In this document: positions 49,458 to 59,043 of the stretch, in pieces
Layout of the letters: every line of letters begins with the position of its first letter
Numbering within the stretch: position 1 is the first letter of the stretch
Source: Cytophagaceae bacterium
GTDB lineage: Bacteria > Bacteroidota > Bacteroidia > Cytophagales > Spirosomataceae
Direction: 5' to 3'
NCBI GenBank assembly: GCA_947460975.1
Contig: CANHGO010000002.1
Span: 132,427 to 196,426, forward strand
Length of the DNA: 64,000 nucleotides
The notes under the pieces: model-generated
Told to the model about the DNA's origin: nothing
Databases searched by the model: none
The model's input: the letters and a program-made list of their open reading frames with translations, nothing else
Position numbers and translations under genes: made by a program

Positions 49458-52400
49458 GTGCCTAAATACTATCTTTTATTACCCTTTCTAGTTGTTTTTG
49501 GATGTCAAAAATCCAATAAATCTGTGGAGGCTTCCGAACCTCAATTGTTTTCCTTGTTAAGTCCGGAACAAACCCAAGTTAATTTTCAAAACAATATTCA
49601 AGAAGGTTTAAATACCAATGTCCTCATGTATGAATATTTTTACAATGGGGGTGGTGTCGCTACGGGTGACCTCAATGGGGATGGGAAAGAAGACATGTAC
49701 TTCTCGAGCAACATGGAGGCTAATCATTTATATATTAACGAAGGTAATTTGAAATTTAAGGAGGTGGCCCAACAGGCTGGCGTGACGGGTAGACCAGGTC
49801 CCTGGAAGACTGGCGTTAGCTTTGTGGATATAAATGGAGATCATAAATTAGATATTTACCTATGTTATTCAGGGAATTTGCCGCCTGATAAAAAAAGAAA
49901 TCAATTGTTTATCAATCAAGGGAATGATGCTGCTGGCATTCCTATATTTAAAGATGAGGCCGCCCGCTATGGGTTGGATAGTCCATCCAATAGTACACAT
50001 GCCGTATTTTTCGACTATGATCGAGACCAAGATCTGGACATGATTTTAGTGAACCACAATCCAAAATCCTTGCCCGTTTTGGACGAATCCAGCACCGCCG
50101 ATTTATTAAACAAACCGGATGAAAATTCAGGAATTCAGTTTTTTGTCAATCCAGGCCAAGGAGGAAAATTCATCAATCAAACAAAAGCATTAGGAATACA
50201 AAGTTCCACACTTTCTTACGGCTTAGCCGTGGGAATTTCAGATGTCAATCAAGACGGTTGGCCCGATTTTTATGTCTCCAACGATTACACCATTCCCGAT
50301 TATTTATACATCAATCAGGCAGGTAAATCATTCGTCAATACGATTAATTTGAGTATCGGTCATATTTCCCACTTTTCGATGGGGAATGATATCGCCGATG
50401 TCAACAACGATCTTCTACCTGATATTTTTACCTTAGATATGTTGCCAGAAGATAATGTAAGGCAAAAACTGTTGATGTCTCCTGATAATTATGAAAAGTA
50501 TGATTTCAATTTAAAGGTAGGTTTTGGGCATCAAATCATGCGCAATATGCTTCAGCTGAATCTTGGAAATAATGCTTCAGGTAACACGATGTTTTCCGAG
50601 GTGGGCCAATTGGCCGGAATATCCAACACAGACTGGAGCTGGAGTGCGCTGTTCGCCGACTACGATAATGATGGTTGGAAAGATCTTTTTGTGTCCAACG
50701 GATATTTAAGAGATTATACCAATTTAGATTTCCTGAAGTACATGGGTGACTATGTTCAAAATAATCAAAATTCGATTCAAAGGGAGAATGTCTTGGAACT
50801 TGTGCAAAAAATGCCTGCCTCCAATGTGTCCAATTATATTTTTAAAAATAAAAAGGATGCGACTTTTAAAAATGTAACGGCCGATTGGGGTTTAGAAATG
50901 CCGACCAATAGCAATGGGGCGGCGTATGCAGATTTAGATGGCGATGGAGATTTGGAGCTGATTGTCAATAACATCAATAAGCCTGCTTCGATTTATGAGA
51001 ATAAAAGCAACGAAGTTTATAAAGAAAACAAGTCTATTTCGGTTGACTTGCATGGACAAGGTGAAAATACCCAAGGTGCCGGTGCCAGCGTAAGCGTATT
51101 TCAAAATGGCCAAACCCAAGTCGTTTATGCCAATATGTACCGTGGATATCAATCCAGTATGAGTCCACGCCTGCATATAGGATTAGGTAATTTGGCCAAG
51201 ATTGATTCGGTTCAAGTACGTTGGAATTCAGGTAAATCTCAAACGCTTAAAGGATTTAAAGAAGTTAAAAATATTTCATTTTTTGAGAAAGATGCTCAAC
51301 TAATTAAAACGAAAGAACTTGAAAATAAATCCTTTTTTGTTCGAGCCGCGCCACTAATTTTAACACCTGTTGCTAATCCAGTGAATGACTTTAAACGACA
51401 AACTCAACTGGTCAATCCACTGTCATTTGTCGGGCCCGTTTTAAAATCTTCCCTTGTAAATCAAGACGGTCTTTCTGATATTTTTGTAGGAGCTTCACAA
51501 GGGAACCCTGCCCATGTATTTATCCAACAAAAAGGAGGTCAATTTCGGCCAGTTGGCATTTCTGGTTCTGAGGGATTTGAAGATTCAGATGCTTTGTTTG
51601 TTGACATAGATTTAGATGGAGATCTAGATCTATATGTGGCCAGTGGCGGTTATGCTAATTTGGAACCTACGTCTACTTATTTGCAAGATCGGATTTTTAT
51701 AAACGATGGAAAGGGTAATTTTTCTTTATCCAAAAACAAATTACCTCTTCCTGCGGGTTCTCATTCAAGTGTCACTCAAATCGACTTAAATGGGGATAAA
51801 TTACCTGATTTTTTTGTGGGGGGGCGCGTCATTCCTGGTCAATATCCTGTTATTCCTCAGAGTCAATTATTATTAAATCAGGGGAATGGAAGATTTCTAG
51901 ACGTAAGTAAAAATTATCCCGAAATTCAATCGGTAGGTATGGTTACTGATGCCGAGTTTAAGGATTTAAATGGCGATCGTAAACCTGAATTGGTCATTAT
52001 TGGAGAGTTTATGCCTATCCAGATTTTTAATTTTGAACAAGGGAAAGCAAAGAATATGAATGCTTCATTTTTTAACGAATCTCCATCTGGACTTTGGAAT
52101 ACCCTGGTCATTGAAGATTTGAATAAGGATGGGAAGCTTGAGATATTGGTTGGGAACCAAGGATTAAACTCTCAATATAAGGCTTCTGTCACAGAACCTA
52201 TGGAGTTGTATGTGAAGGATTTTGACTCTAATGGGTCCGTTGAGCCCATTTTGACTACCTATGTCAAGGGTATAAAAGTTCCTTTTTTAACAAGGGATGA
52301 ATTATTAGAACAGATTTCAATGATGCGTCCTCGATTTACAGATTATCAAAGTTTTGCGGAGGCAAAGCTCACTGATATATTTACAGAGGATGAACTTAAG

Positions 52401-52784
52401 GATGCTAAAATTTACCAAGCCACGGAATTAAAAACATCATTATTTAGTTTAAATGCTGGAGGGAAATACGAGTCTAAATCTTTACCTTCTATCGTGCAAT
52501 CTTCACCCATTTTTGCTTTTCAAATCACTGATGTAAATGCAGATGGTCATTTCGATATAGTTATGGCTGGGAATATGAATCATGCCAAATTACGGATCGG
52601 GAAAATGGATGCTAATTATGGACTTTTGTTGCTGGGGGATGGCCAATTGAATTTTAATTTGGTGCCGCAAAAAAAGAGCGGATTTTGGTTGAAAGGGGAT
52701 GTGAGGTCGATGTTGAAAGTTGACGATCAATGGTTTTTCGGCATTAATTCTTTCGGTGTAGAGTCTTATAAACTACAGAAATGA
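49458..52784 (+). CDS. CRTAC1-like lipoprotein with FG-GAP/VCBS repeats and an ASPIC/UnbV domain
   Basis: Lipobox VFGC; many D.N.DG..D repeats; YFYNGGGV.TGD; ASPIC/UnbV segment G...N..GAGA.V...RGYQS....LHIGLG. Confidence 0.88.
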   Translation: MPKYYLLLPFLVVFGCQKSNKSVEASEPQLFSLLSPEQTQVNFQNNIQEGLNTNVLMYEYFYNGGGVATGDLNGDGKEDMYFSSNMEANHLYINEGNLKFKEVAQQAGVTGRPGPWKTGVSFVDINGDHKLDIYLCYSGNLPPDKKRNQLFINQGNDAAGIPIFKDEAARYGLDSPSNSTHAVFFDYDRDQDLDMILVNHNPKSLPVLDESSTADLLNKPDENSGIQFFVNPGQGGKFINQTKALGIQSSTLSYGLAVGISDVNQDGWPDFYVSNDYTIPDYLYINQAGKSFVNTINLSIGHISHFSMGNDIADVNNDLLPDIFTLDMLPEDNVRQKLLMSPDNYEKYDFNLKVGFGHQIMRNMLQLNLGNNASGNTMFSEVGQLAGISNTDWSWSALFADYDNDGWKDLFVSNGYLRDYTNLDFLKYMGDYVQNNQNSIQRENVLELVQKMPASNVSNYIFKNKKDATFKNVTADWGLEMPTNSNGAAYADLDGDGDLELIVNNINKPASIYENKSNEVYKENKSISVDLHGQGENTQGAGASVSVFQNGQTQVVYANMYRGYQSSMSPRLHIGLGNLAKIDSVQVRWNSGKSQTLKGFKEVKNISFFEKDAQLIKTKELENKSFFVRAAPLILTPVANPVNDFKRQTQLVNPLSFVGPVLKSSLVNQDGLSDIFVGASQGNPAHVFIQQKGGQFRPVGISGSEGFEDSDALFVDIDLDGDLDLYVASGGYANLEPTSTYLQDRIFINDGKGNFSLSKNKLPLPAGSHSSVTQIDLNGDKLPDFFVGGRVIPGQYPVIPQSQLLLNQGNGRFLDVSKNYPEIQSVGMVTDAEFKDLNGDRKPELVIIGEFMPIQIFNFEQGKAKNMNASFFNESPSGLWNTLVIEDLNKDGKLEILVGNQGLNSQYKASVTEPMELYVKDFDSNGSVEPILTTYVKGIKVPFLTRDELLEQISMMRPRFTDYQSFAEAKLTDIFTEDELKDAKIYQATELKTSLFSLNAGGKYESKSLPSIVQSSPIFAFQITDVNADGHFDIVMAGNMNHAKLRIGKMDANYGLLLLGDGQLNFNLVPQKKSGFWLKGDVRSMLKVDDQWFFGINSFGVESYKLQK

Positions 52785-54091
52785 TGCGGAAAATTTTAAT
52801 TATTGCGATAGGTTTATACGCTATTTTTTCTTGTAAAACAGAAAATAAAAAAGTAGATTTTTCGGGTAGGGAGATTGATAAAGTATTGGGTGAAATGACG
52901 GAGTTGATGATTCATGATGTTACAAATCCCCCATTGGCTATGCGATTTTTCTCCTATACTTGCTTAGCAGGATATCAGGTTATTTCGGCCCATGACTCCA
53001 CCCTACCTCGTATTTCGAAACATTTAAATGGGTATCCAACCTTTGAGAAAATCGATTTTACGCATTCGGATCCTAGCTTGGCAGCGATCATTGCCATGAT
53101 GGAAGTTTCTAGGAAAATCCAGCCTTCAGGAAAGCGGATGGAACTTTGGGAAAATAATTATTTGGATTCTTGCAAATCGATTGGCTTATCTTCTGAGGTG
53201 ATCAAAAATTCTAAGGATATTGGCGCATTAGTGGCCAAGAATATTTTAGGATACGCAAAGGCCGACCGATATAATACCTTGTCTAACTTTCCGCGTTACA
53301 CCCCAGATAAGAAAGAAGGGTATTGGTATCCAACTCCACCGGGCTACTTTCCAGCGGTTGAGCCTTATTTTTCTAAAATTAGAAATTATTCATTGTCTGA
53401 ATCTGAAGTTTCGGGTTTTGAAATTGAACCTCCTAAAGCCTATTCTATTGATCCGCGTTCCGGATTTTATACCTTGGCAAAGCAAGTATATTTGGCAGGC
53501 AAAAAAGAAGAGGAACAGAAAATTGCTGCTTTTTGGGATTGTAACCCTTTTGCATTGTCTTCCAATGGACACTTATTAATCGCCATGAAGAAGATTTCTC
53601 CTGGCGCACATTGGATGGGGATTTCTGCGATTGCCTGTGCAAAGAAAAAATTGGACTTTGGGCATAGTTTATTGGTCCGCGCCGTTTTGTCTGTGAGCTT
53701 ACAAGATGCCTTTTGGGTTTGTTGGCGCGAGAAATTCCACAGTAACCGCATCCGCCCAGAAACAGCCATTCGGAAATTAATTGACCCTACGTGGAAGCCA
53801 TTTTTGCAGACGCCTCCATTTCCTGAGTACCCGAGTGGTCATTCAACGGTCTCATCTACTGCCGCTGTGATATTAACACATTTTATGGGGGAAAACTTTT
53901 CATATGTGGATACGGTGGAAACGAGATATGGCATCGAGGCTCGGCCCTTTCAATCTTTTAATCAAGCGGCTGAAGAAGCGAGTATTTCACGTTTTTATGG
54001 GGGCATTCATTTTATGGATGGAATCACTTCGGGTCAATCACAAGGAAAAAAATTAGGAAACCATATACTTAAAAAACTAAACTTACTATGA
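52781..54091 (+). CDS. Vanadium-dependent haloperoxidase-like lipoprotein (PAP2 superfamily)
   Basis: Lipobox IFSC; K-x6-RP (KFHSNRIRP), YPSGH and SRFYGGIH motifs; FWDCNP. Confidence 0.85.
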   Translation: MMRKILIIAIGLYAIFSCKTENKKVDFSGREIDKVLGEMTELMIHDVTNPPLAMRFFSYTCLAGYQVISAHDSTLPRISKHLNGYPTFEKIDFTHSDPSLAAIIAMMEVSRKIQPSGKRMELWENNYLDSCKSIGLSSEVIKNSKDIGALVAKNILGYAKADRYNTLSNFPRYTPDKKEGYWYPTPPGYFPAVEPYFSKIRNYSLSESEVSGFEIEPPKAYSIDPRSGFYTLAKQVYLAGKKEEEQKIAAFWDCNPFALSSNGHLLIAMKKISPGAHWMGISAIACAKKKLDFGHSLLVRAVLSVSLQDAFWVCWREKFHSNRIRPETAIRKLIDPTWKPFLQTPPFPEYPSGHSTVSSTAAVILTHFMGENFSYVDTVETRYGIEARPFQSFNQAAEEASISRFYGGIHFMDGITSGQSQGKKLGNHILKKLNLL

Positions 54092-54945
54092 AAAAATTAG
54101 GCTTGCTTTTATTGTTTGTCTCCACTAGTTTGTTGGGGCAAAAAGCTTCGAAAGAAAATTGGATTTCCATGTTTAATGGAAAGGATTTGACGGGTTGGAC
54201 GCCTAAAATCAGAAACTATGCTTCCGGTGAAAACTTTGGAAACACCTTTCGCGTGGAAGATGGCAAGCTTGTGGTGAGGTATGATGCTTATGATTCATTC
54301 AATGAGCGATTTGGTCATATTTTTTATAAAGACAAGTTCAGTTATTACCGCATACGTTTGAACTATCGATTTGTAGGTGACCAGGCAATCAATGGGCCTG
54401 GTTGGGCCACGCGAAATAGTGGAATTATGATTCATGGCCAGGCTCCGCAAACGATGGGGAAAAACCAGGATTTTCCAGTTTCGATTGAAGTCCAATTATT
54501 AGGAGGTAATGGTAAGGACAAACGGACCACGTGTAATTTATGTACGCCAGGCACGAATGTGGAAATGAATGGAAAATTATTTACTCCACATTGCATCAAT
54601 TCCTCTTCAGAAACTTATCATGGCGATCAATGGGTGCAAGCGGAAGTATATGTGTTTGGCGATTCATTAGTGCAGCACATGATCAACGGGCAATCTGTTT
54701 TATCGTATCAAAAACCTCAAATTGGCGGAGGTAATGTGGGTGGCCAAGAAGTTGTTTTTGGGACTAAGGGACAGTTGTTGGCCGAAGGTTACATCTCCCT
54801 GCAAAGTGAAAGCCATCCTGTCGAGTTTAAAAACATAGAAATTTTAAATTTAGAAGGTTGCATGGATCCTTTGGCCCTGAATTATAAATCCTATTTCATT
54901 AAATCAAAACCGAGCGATTGCACGTTTAAAAAGAAGCGTAAATAA
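54088..54945 (+). CDS. Secreted DUF1080 (3-keto-disaccharide hydrolase-like) protein
   Basis: Signal peptide; FNGKDLTGW, RNSGIMIH, SIEVQLL and GYISLQSESHPVEFKNI motifs. Confidence 0.88.
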   Translation: MKKLGLLLLFVSTSLLGQKASKENWISMFNGKDLTGWTPKIRNYASGENFGNTFRVEDGKLVVRYDAYDSFNERFGHIFYKDKFSYYRIRLNYRFVGDQAINGPGWATRNSGIMIHGQAPQTMGKNQDFPVSIEVQLLGGNGKDKRTTCNLCTPGTNVEMNGKLFTPHCINSSSETYHGDQWVQAEVYVFGDSLVQHMINGQSVLSYQKPQIGGGNVGGQEVVFGTKGQLLAEGYISLQSESHPVEFKNIEILNLEGCMDPLALNYKSYFIKSKPSDCTFKKKRK

Positions 54946-54964
54946 ATATTTTAAAGTACAAATT

Positions 54965-55003
54965 CAAATAAGGCTTTTGGAAATTCACCAAAGGCCTTAT
55001 TTG
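54965..55003. terminator. Bidirectional terminator overlapping the tyrA stop
   Basis: CAAATAAGGCTTTTGG...CCAAAGGCCTTATTTG. Confidence 0.75.
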
Positions 55004-55866
55004 TTTTTATTGTTTAGGATTCTACCTATGTCATTGGCTTTGCTTAACTCATCTTTGAGTTTGTCATAACTTCCAGCGAGCATTAAGCCTTTATATTTTA
55101 GCAGCGTGTTGATATATTCATCTAATACATCTAATAAATTTTCCTGGTTTTGGTGAAAAATCTGGCTCCAGGTTTCTGGGGAAGATTTGGCTAATCGGAC
55201 AGTCGACTCAAATCCCGTGGACGCTAGCTCAAAAATTCTTTTTTCATCCTTTTCTTTTTCCAAAACGGTATTTGCCAGGGCAAAAGAACAGATATGAGAG
55301 ATATGTGAAATGTAGGCTGTATGGACATCGTGGCCGATGGAATCCATGTAAATCAATTGCATCTGTAGTCCATGGGTATACAGGTCTTCAATGATTTGTA
55401 TGGCCGAAGCTGAGCTTAATTCTTTATCGCAAATGACGCAGGTTTTACTTTTAAAAAGTCCTAGAACAGCCGCTTCGGGGCCTGAAAATTCGGTACCCGC
55501 CATCGGGTGTGTCGATACGAATTGGGCGCGTTTTGGATGATTTTTTAAGGCCTCAAAAACAGGGGTTTTGGTAGAGCCTACTTCGATGATTAATTGATGA
55601 GGTTTTAAGTGGTCCAAAATTTGAGGGATGATGTGAACTAGGACATCAACGGGAGTTGAAGTGATGAAAACATCTACTTCATTTAATGCATTTTCCCAAG
55701 TCATTACACGGTCAACTAATCGGAGCGATAAAGCCTTTGATTGGTGCTCAGGATTGGTGTCAATTCCGATGATTTCAGAAGCCCAATCGCTTTCACGAAG
55801 TCCTAATGCAATGGAACCGCCAATTAACCCAATCCCGATAATGCCTACCTTTTGTTTAGATTCCAT
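54997..55866 (-). CDS. tyrA: Prephenate (or arogenate) dehydrogenase
   Basis: GIGLIGGS, EVGSTK, HPMAGTE.SG, HD...AYISH.SH and STVRLA motifs; start set at MESKQ (55866). Confidence 0.92.
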   Translation of the reverse strand: MESKQKVGIIGIGLIGGSIALGLRESDWASEIIGIDTNPEHQSKALSLRLVDRVMTWENALNEVDVFITSTPVDVLVHIIPQILDHLKPHQLIIEVGSTKTPVFEALKNHPKRAQFVSTHPMAGTEFSGPEAAVLGLFKSKTCVICDKELSSASAIQIIEDLYTHGLQMQLIYMDSIGHDVHTAYISHISHICSFALANTVLEKEKDEKRIFELASTGFESTVRLAKSSPETWSQIFHQNQENLLDVLDEYINTLLKYKGLMLAGSYDKLKDELSKANDIGRILNNKNK

Positions 55867-57031
55867 TTGATTTTGATTTAATGCGCTGAATGACTTCTTT
55901 AAAAATTTCTTCTTTGGCACATAAAGATATACGGATATACTCATTTCCTTGAGATCCAAATATTCCTCCAGGAGTTATAAAGACTGCATTTTCGATTAAT
56001 ATTTGATCCGATAATGCATAGCCTGAGCTAAAATTGTTAGGTGTTTTAGCCCATACAAACATACCCGATTGCGCTTGGTCATAGGCGCATCCTAATAAAT
56101 CGAGCAGTTCAAAAACCAGTTTTTGGCGCGTCTTATAAATGGTATTTTGCTGTTTAAACCAATTGATATCTGCCGAAAGAGCTTCTACTGCTGCCAATTG
56201 TAAAGGCAAAAACATGCCCGAATCCATGTTGGATTTAAATTTTAATACAGGATTTAAAAATTCCGATTTGCCTAATAGGGCGCCGATTCTCCAACCGGCC
56301 ATATTATGGGATTTGGATAAAGAATTTAATTCAATGCCTACCTCCATCATTCCAGGAATGGCGAGCATCGATATTGGTTCATCATTTAAGATAAAACTAT
56401 AGGGGTTGTCATTCACGATTAATATGGAATGCTTTTCCGCAAAATTTTTCAATCGTGTAAAAAATGCATGATTCGCTTTTGCTCCCGTGGGCATGTGTGG
56501 ATAATTCACCCACATGATTTTTACTTTGGATAAATCCCTTGCTTCAAGCGCGGCCAAATCAGGAAGCCAACCCGTTTTTTCGGATAATTCGTAGGGTACA
56601 ACTTTTGCTCCCGCCAACGAACAGGCCGCTTGATACGTGGGATATCCAGGATTGGGAATCAGTGTTTCGTCCCCAGCCTCTAAATAAGCCATGGCGATGT
56701 GCATAATTCCTTCTTTGGATCCCATTAAAGGAAGAACTTCTGAAGCGGGATTTAATTCTACCTGATAATGAGAGGCATAAAAATCAGCAAAAGCCTTCCT
56801 TAAAGCCGGTATTCCTTGGTATCCTTGGTAGGCATGGTGATCAGGATTGGCTGCAGCAGCGGTTAGGGCGTCAATCGTTTTTTGCGAAGGCGCTAAATCG
56901 GGACTACCAATGCCAATATTAATGACTGGTATTCCTTCTGCTTTAAATTGGGCTATCTGTTTTAATTTGGTTGAAAAATAGTATTCTTCAACGGTATTTA
57001 ATCTAGATGCTGTGGATATATGTAAGCTCAT
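55856..57031 (-). CDS. PLP-dependent class I/II aminotransferase (probably aromatic amino acid pathway)
   Basis: GSKEG, NYPHMPTG, DNPY and SLSKSHNMAGWRIG (PLP Lys) motifs; overlaps tyrA. Confidence 0.88.
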   Translation of the reverse strand: MSLHISTASRLNTVEEYYFSTKLKQIAQFKAEGIPVINIGIGSPDLAPSQKTIDALTAAAANPDHHAYQGYQGIPALRKAFADFYASHYQVELNPASEVLPLMGSKEGIMHIAMAYLEAGDETLIPNPGYPTYQAACSLAGAKVVPYELSEKTGWLPDLAALEARDLSKVKIMWVNYPHMPTGAKANHAFFTRLKNFAEKHSILIVNDNPYSFILNDEPISMLAIPGMMEVGIELNSLSKSHNMAGWRIGALLGKSEFLNPVLKFKSNMDSGMFLPLQLAAVEALSADINWFKQQNTIYKTRQKLVFELLDLLGCAYDQAQSGMFVWAKTPNNFSSGYALSDQILIENAVFITPGGIFGSQGNEYIRISLCAKEEIFKEVIQRIKSKSNGI

Positions 57032-57036
57032 AAAAC

Positions 57037-57060
57037 AAAAAAACCGACGATGGGCCGGTT
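57037..57060 (-). terminator. Attenuator terminator upstream of aminotransferase-tyrA
   Basis: Minus strand reads AACCGGC-CCAUC-GUCGGUU followed by a U run, immediately before the ATG at 57031. Confidence 0.8.
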
Positions 57061-57094
57061 GTTAGTAAGTTATATTTAAAACCTATGTAACCGG

Positions 57095-57160
57095 CTATGC
57101 GCAATGGAAATACCCTGCGTAATAATATCCGATGTAATAAGTTTTGTTTTCAAAATTCAT
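57095..57160 (-). CDS. Tyr-rich attenuation leader peptide MNFENKTYYIGYYYAGYFHCA (absent from the ORF track)
   Basis: ATG at 57160 and TAG at 57097-57095; 6 Tyr and 2 Phe in 21 codons; lies upstream of tyrosine-synthesis genes with terminator and antiterminator arms. Confidence 0.85.
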   Translation of the reverse strand: MNFENKTYYIGYYYAGYFHCA

Positions 57161-57164
57161 GCCC

Positions 57165-57195
57165 CAAAGGTATAAAAAAAATGTTTTTAAGCAAA
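57165..57195 (-). promoter_or_regulatory. Consensus -33/-7 promoter for the tyr leader
   Basis: TTTG (57195-57192), 19-nt spacer, then TACCTTTG (57172-57165). Confidence 0.8.
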
Positions 57196-57200
57196 TTAAA

Positions 57201-57650
57201 TCAAAAAAGGCCTTTTAAGTGAGTCACAATTAGATTTGACTCGTATCCTTTTGAAAGCGCAAACGCATAACACTTCTGGTATTTTTGTTGGCTTGTCCCC
57301 GTCTTTATTTCCGCTTTTTTCTTGTGCAATATTTTTGTCAATTGATCAATGTAATCAGCTTCATTTAGGTCATTCCACACATTGCTAAGCATTGATTCGG
57401 GAATTCCTCTTTTTTTCAATTCAAACATTATTTTATTTCGACCCCAATGTTTTTGATTGAATTTTGATCGGACGTATAGTTCGACAAACCGAGCTTCATT
57501 CAAATAATTATTTTTGGAAAGCCAAGTTAGGTAGTTGGCGTAGTCTGACTCGCCCACCAACAAGTCCTTCATTTTTTGTTTGATTTCGGAGACGCAGCGT
57601 TCTTGATAGGCGCAATAACGGGCCAATTGGTTTAAAACCTTGCTGTCCAT
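57201..57650 (-). CDS. recX: Regulatory protein RecX
   Basis: YCAYQERC..E, YLNEARF, WGRNKI..EL..RGI and KGY motifs. Confidence 0.9.
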   Translation of the reverse strand: MDSKVLNQLARYCAYQERCVSEIKQKMKDLLVGESDYANYLTWLSKNNYLNEARFVELYVRSKFNQKHWGRNKIMFELKKRGIPESMLSNVWNDLNEADYIDQLTKILHKKKAEIKTGTSQQKYQKCYAFALSKGYESNLIVTHLKGLF

Positions 57651-57662
57651 GCCTGGGAAAAA

Positions 57663-58934
57663 TTAGGATTCGAATTCTTCTATATGCTCTAAATTGAACA
57701 GTTCGTTCAAAATATCAACCATTTTCTCAGATTCACCTCTTTTGCAAGCCGCTTTTAAGTGAAGGATGGGTTGCTTCATGATTTTTTGGACCAAATTAGC
57801 GGTGATTTTCTCCAGCTTTTCGATTTCGTCCTTATTCAATCCTTTGATATGTCGGTTGATTTCTTCCTTCCTAATACTTTCGAGCGCATTTTTTAATTTA
57901 TGGATCGTAGGAGAAACTTCCATTTCCTTGGACCAATCATTAAAACTAACGATACTTTCCTCGATGATCACGCGGACATCTGGCACAGAGGCCATTCGGG
58001 CAGCTAAAGCTTCATCCGCTCGTTCTTTTAATGAGTCAATGTTATACAGTAATATTCCTGGATTCTTTTCAATTCCGTCTTCGATACTTCTGGGTACCGA
58101 TAAGTCGATAAAGTATTTAAAGGAAAGTACTTGAAGTTTTTTTATTTCATCTAGGGTAATGATTGGGCTTTCCGTTCGAACCGATGAAATGATGATGTCT
58201 GCTTTTGAAATTTCTTCCCATAAATCAGCAAAAGGTGCTACTCGGAAAGGCATTCCTTGGGCTATTTTCTCTGCTTTTTCTTGCGTACGATTCATGATCG
58301 TGAATTCAGCAAAATCCTTTTCTTCCATGTTCTTGCAAACATCTAAGCCGATTTCACCTAAACCCAAAATCAAAACTTTAGGCTGTGGAATCGCTTGAGA
58401 AAGCTCTTCTGCCAGGGCTACTGTCGCATAAGAAACAGAAGCTGCACCATCTCGAAAGGAAGTTTCTTGGGCTACCCGCTTATTGGAATAAAATATAGTA
58501 TGCATCAAGCGATGCAAATAAGGTCCTGCTAAATTTAAATCAGCCGCTAATTGATACGCTTTTTTAATCTGATTTGGGATTTGTAAATCACCCACTACTT
58601 TGGATTGCAATCCCGTGGCTACTTCAAAAAGATACCTTAATGAATCCTCTGTTTCATTCAGGTGCTTGAAGTAGTTTAGAAATTCCGAGGTTATTTCAAT
58701 TCCTTTTTCAATTAAAAGGGCTTTGACTAAATCCTCTGAAATGTTTGCCTGCGTAGTATAATATAACTCAGTACGATTACAGGTGGACACAATTAATAAT
58801 TCATTTAGGCCAAAAAGGTCTTTGCACTTGATCGCAAACGCCTTGCTTTCTTCCTCATTCAAAGCGACCATTTCACGGATTGTGAGTGGTGCGGTACGGT
58901 GAGAAATACTAACTGACTTAAATGGTATAATCAT
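57663..58934 (-). CDS. hemA: Glutamyl-tRNA reductase
   Basis: STCNRTE catalytic motif, GL.S.V.G..QI, G.GEIG, NRT and IDLSVPR motifs. Confidence 0.95.
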   Translation of the reverse strand: MIIPFKSVSISHRTAPLTIREMVALNEEESKAFAIKCKDLFGLNELLIVSTCNRTELYYTTQANISEDLVKALLIEKGIEITSEFLNYFKHLNETEDSLRYLFEVATGLQSKVVGDLQIPNQIKKAYQLAADLNLAGPYLHRLMHTIFYSNKRVAQETSFRDGAASVSYATVALAEELSQAIPQPKVLILGLGEIGLDVCKNMEEKDFAEFTIMNRTQEKAEKIAQGMPFRVAPFADLWEEISKADIIISSVRTESPIITLDEIKKLQVLSFKYFIDLSVPRSIEDGIEKNPGILLYNIDSLKERADEALAARMASVPDVRVIIEESIVSFNDWSKEMEVSPTIHKLKNALESIRKEEINRHIKGLNKDEIEKLEKITANLVQKIMKQPILHLKAACKRGESEKMVDILNELFNLEHIEEFES

Positions 58935-58960
58935 TCTGATGGAATCGTAAAATTAATTTA

Positions 58961-58968
58961 CAAAAGTA
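58961..58968 (-). promoter_or_regulatory. -7 promoter box for hemA-recX
   Basis: TACTTTTG on the minus strand, 26 nt upstream of the ATG. Confidence 0.6.
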
Positions 58969-59043
58969 CAATGCAAATATTTAATTTGTATCCTTCTTTA
59001 GAAGAAAATCGTAATTTTATTGATAAATAAAAAATCAGGTAAA

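Noticed and set aside
49458-52784. Enediyne or other natural-product gene cluster, suggested by the UnbV domain and haloperoxidase
   Set aside because: There are no PKS, NRPS or tailoring genes; the proteins are lipoproteins in a SusCD uptake context.
55867-55959. 31-aa N-terminal extension of TyrA in the ORF track
   Set aside because: It overlaps the aminotransferase in another frame; the Rossmann motif follows directly from ATG 55866.
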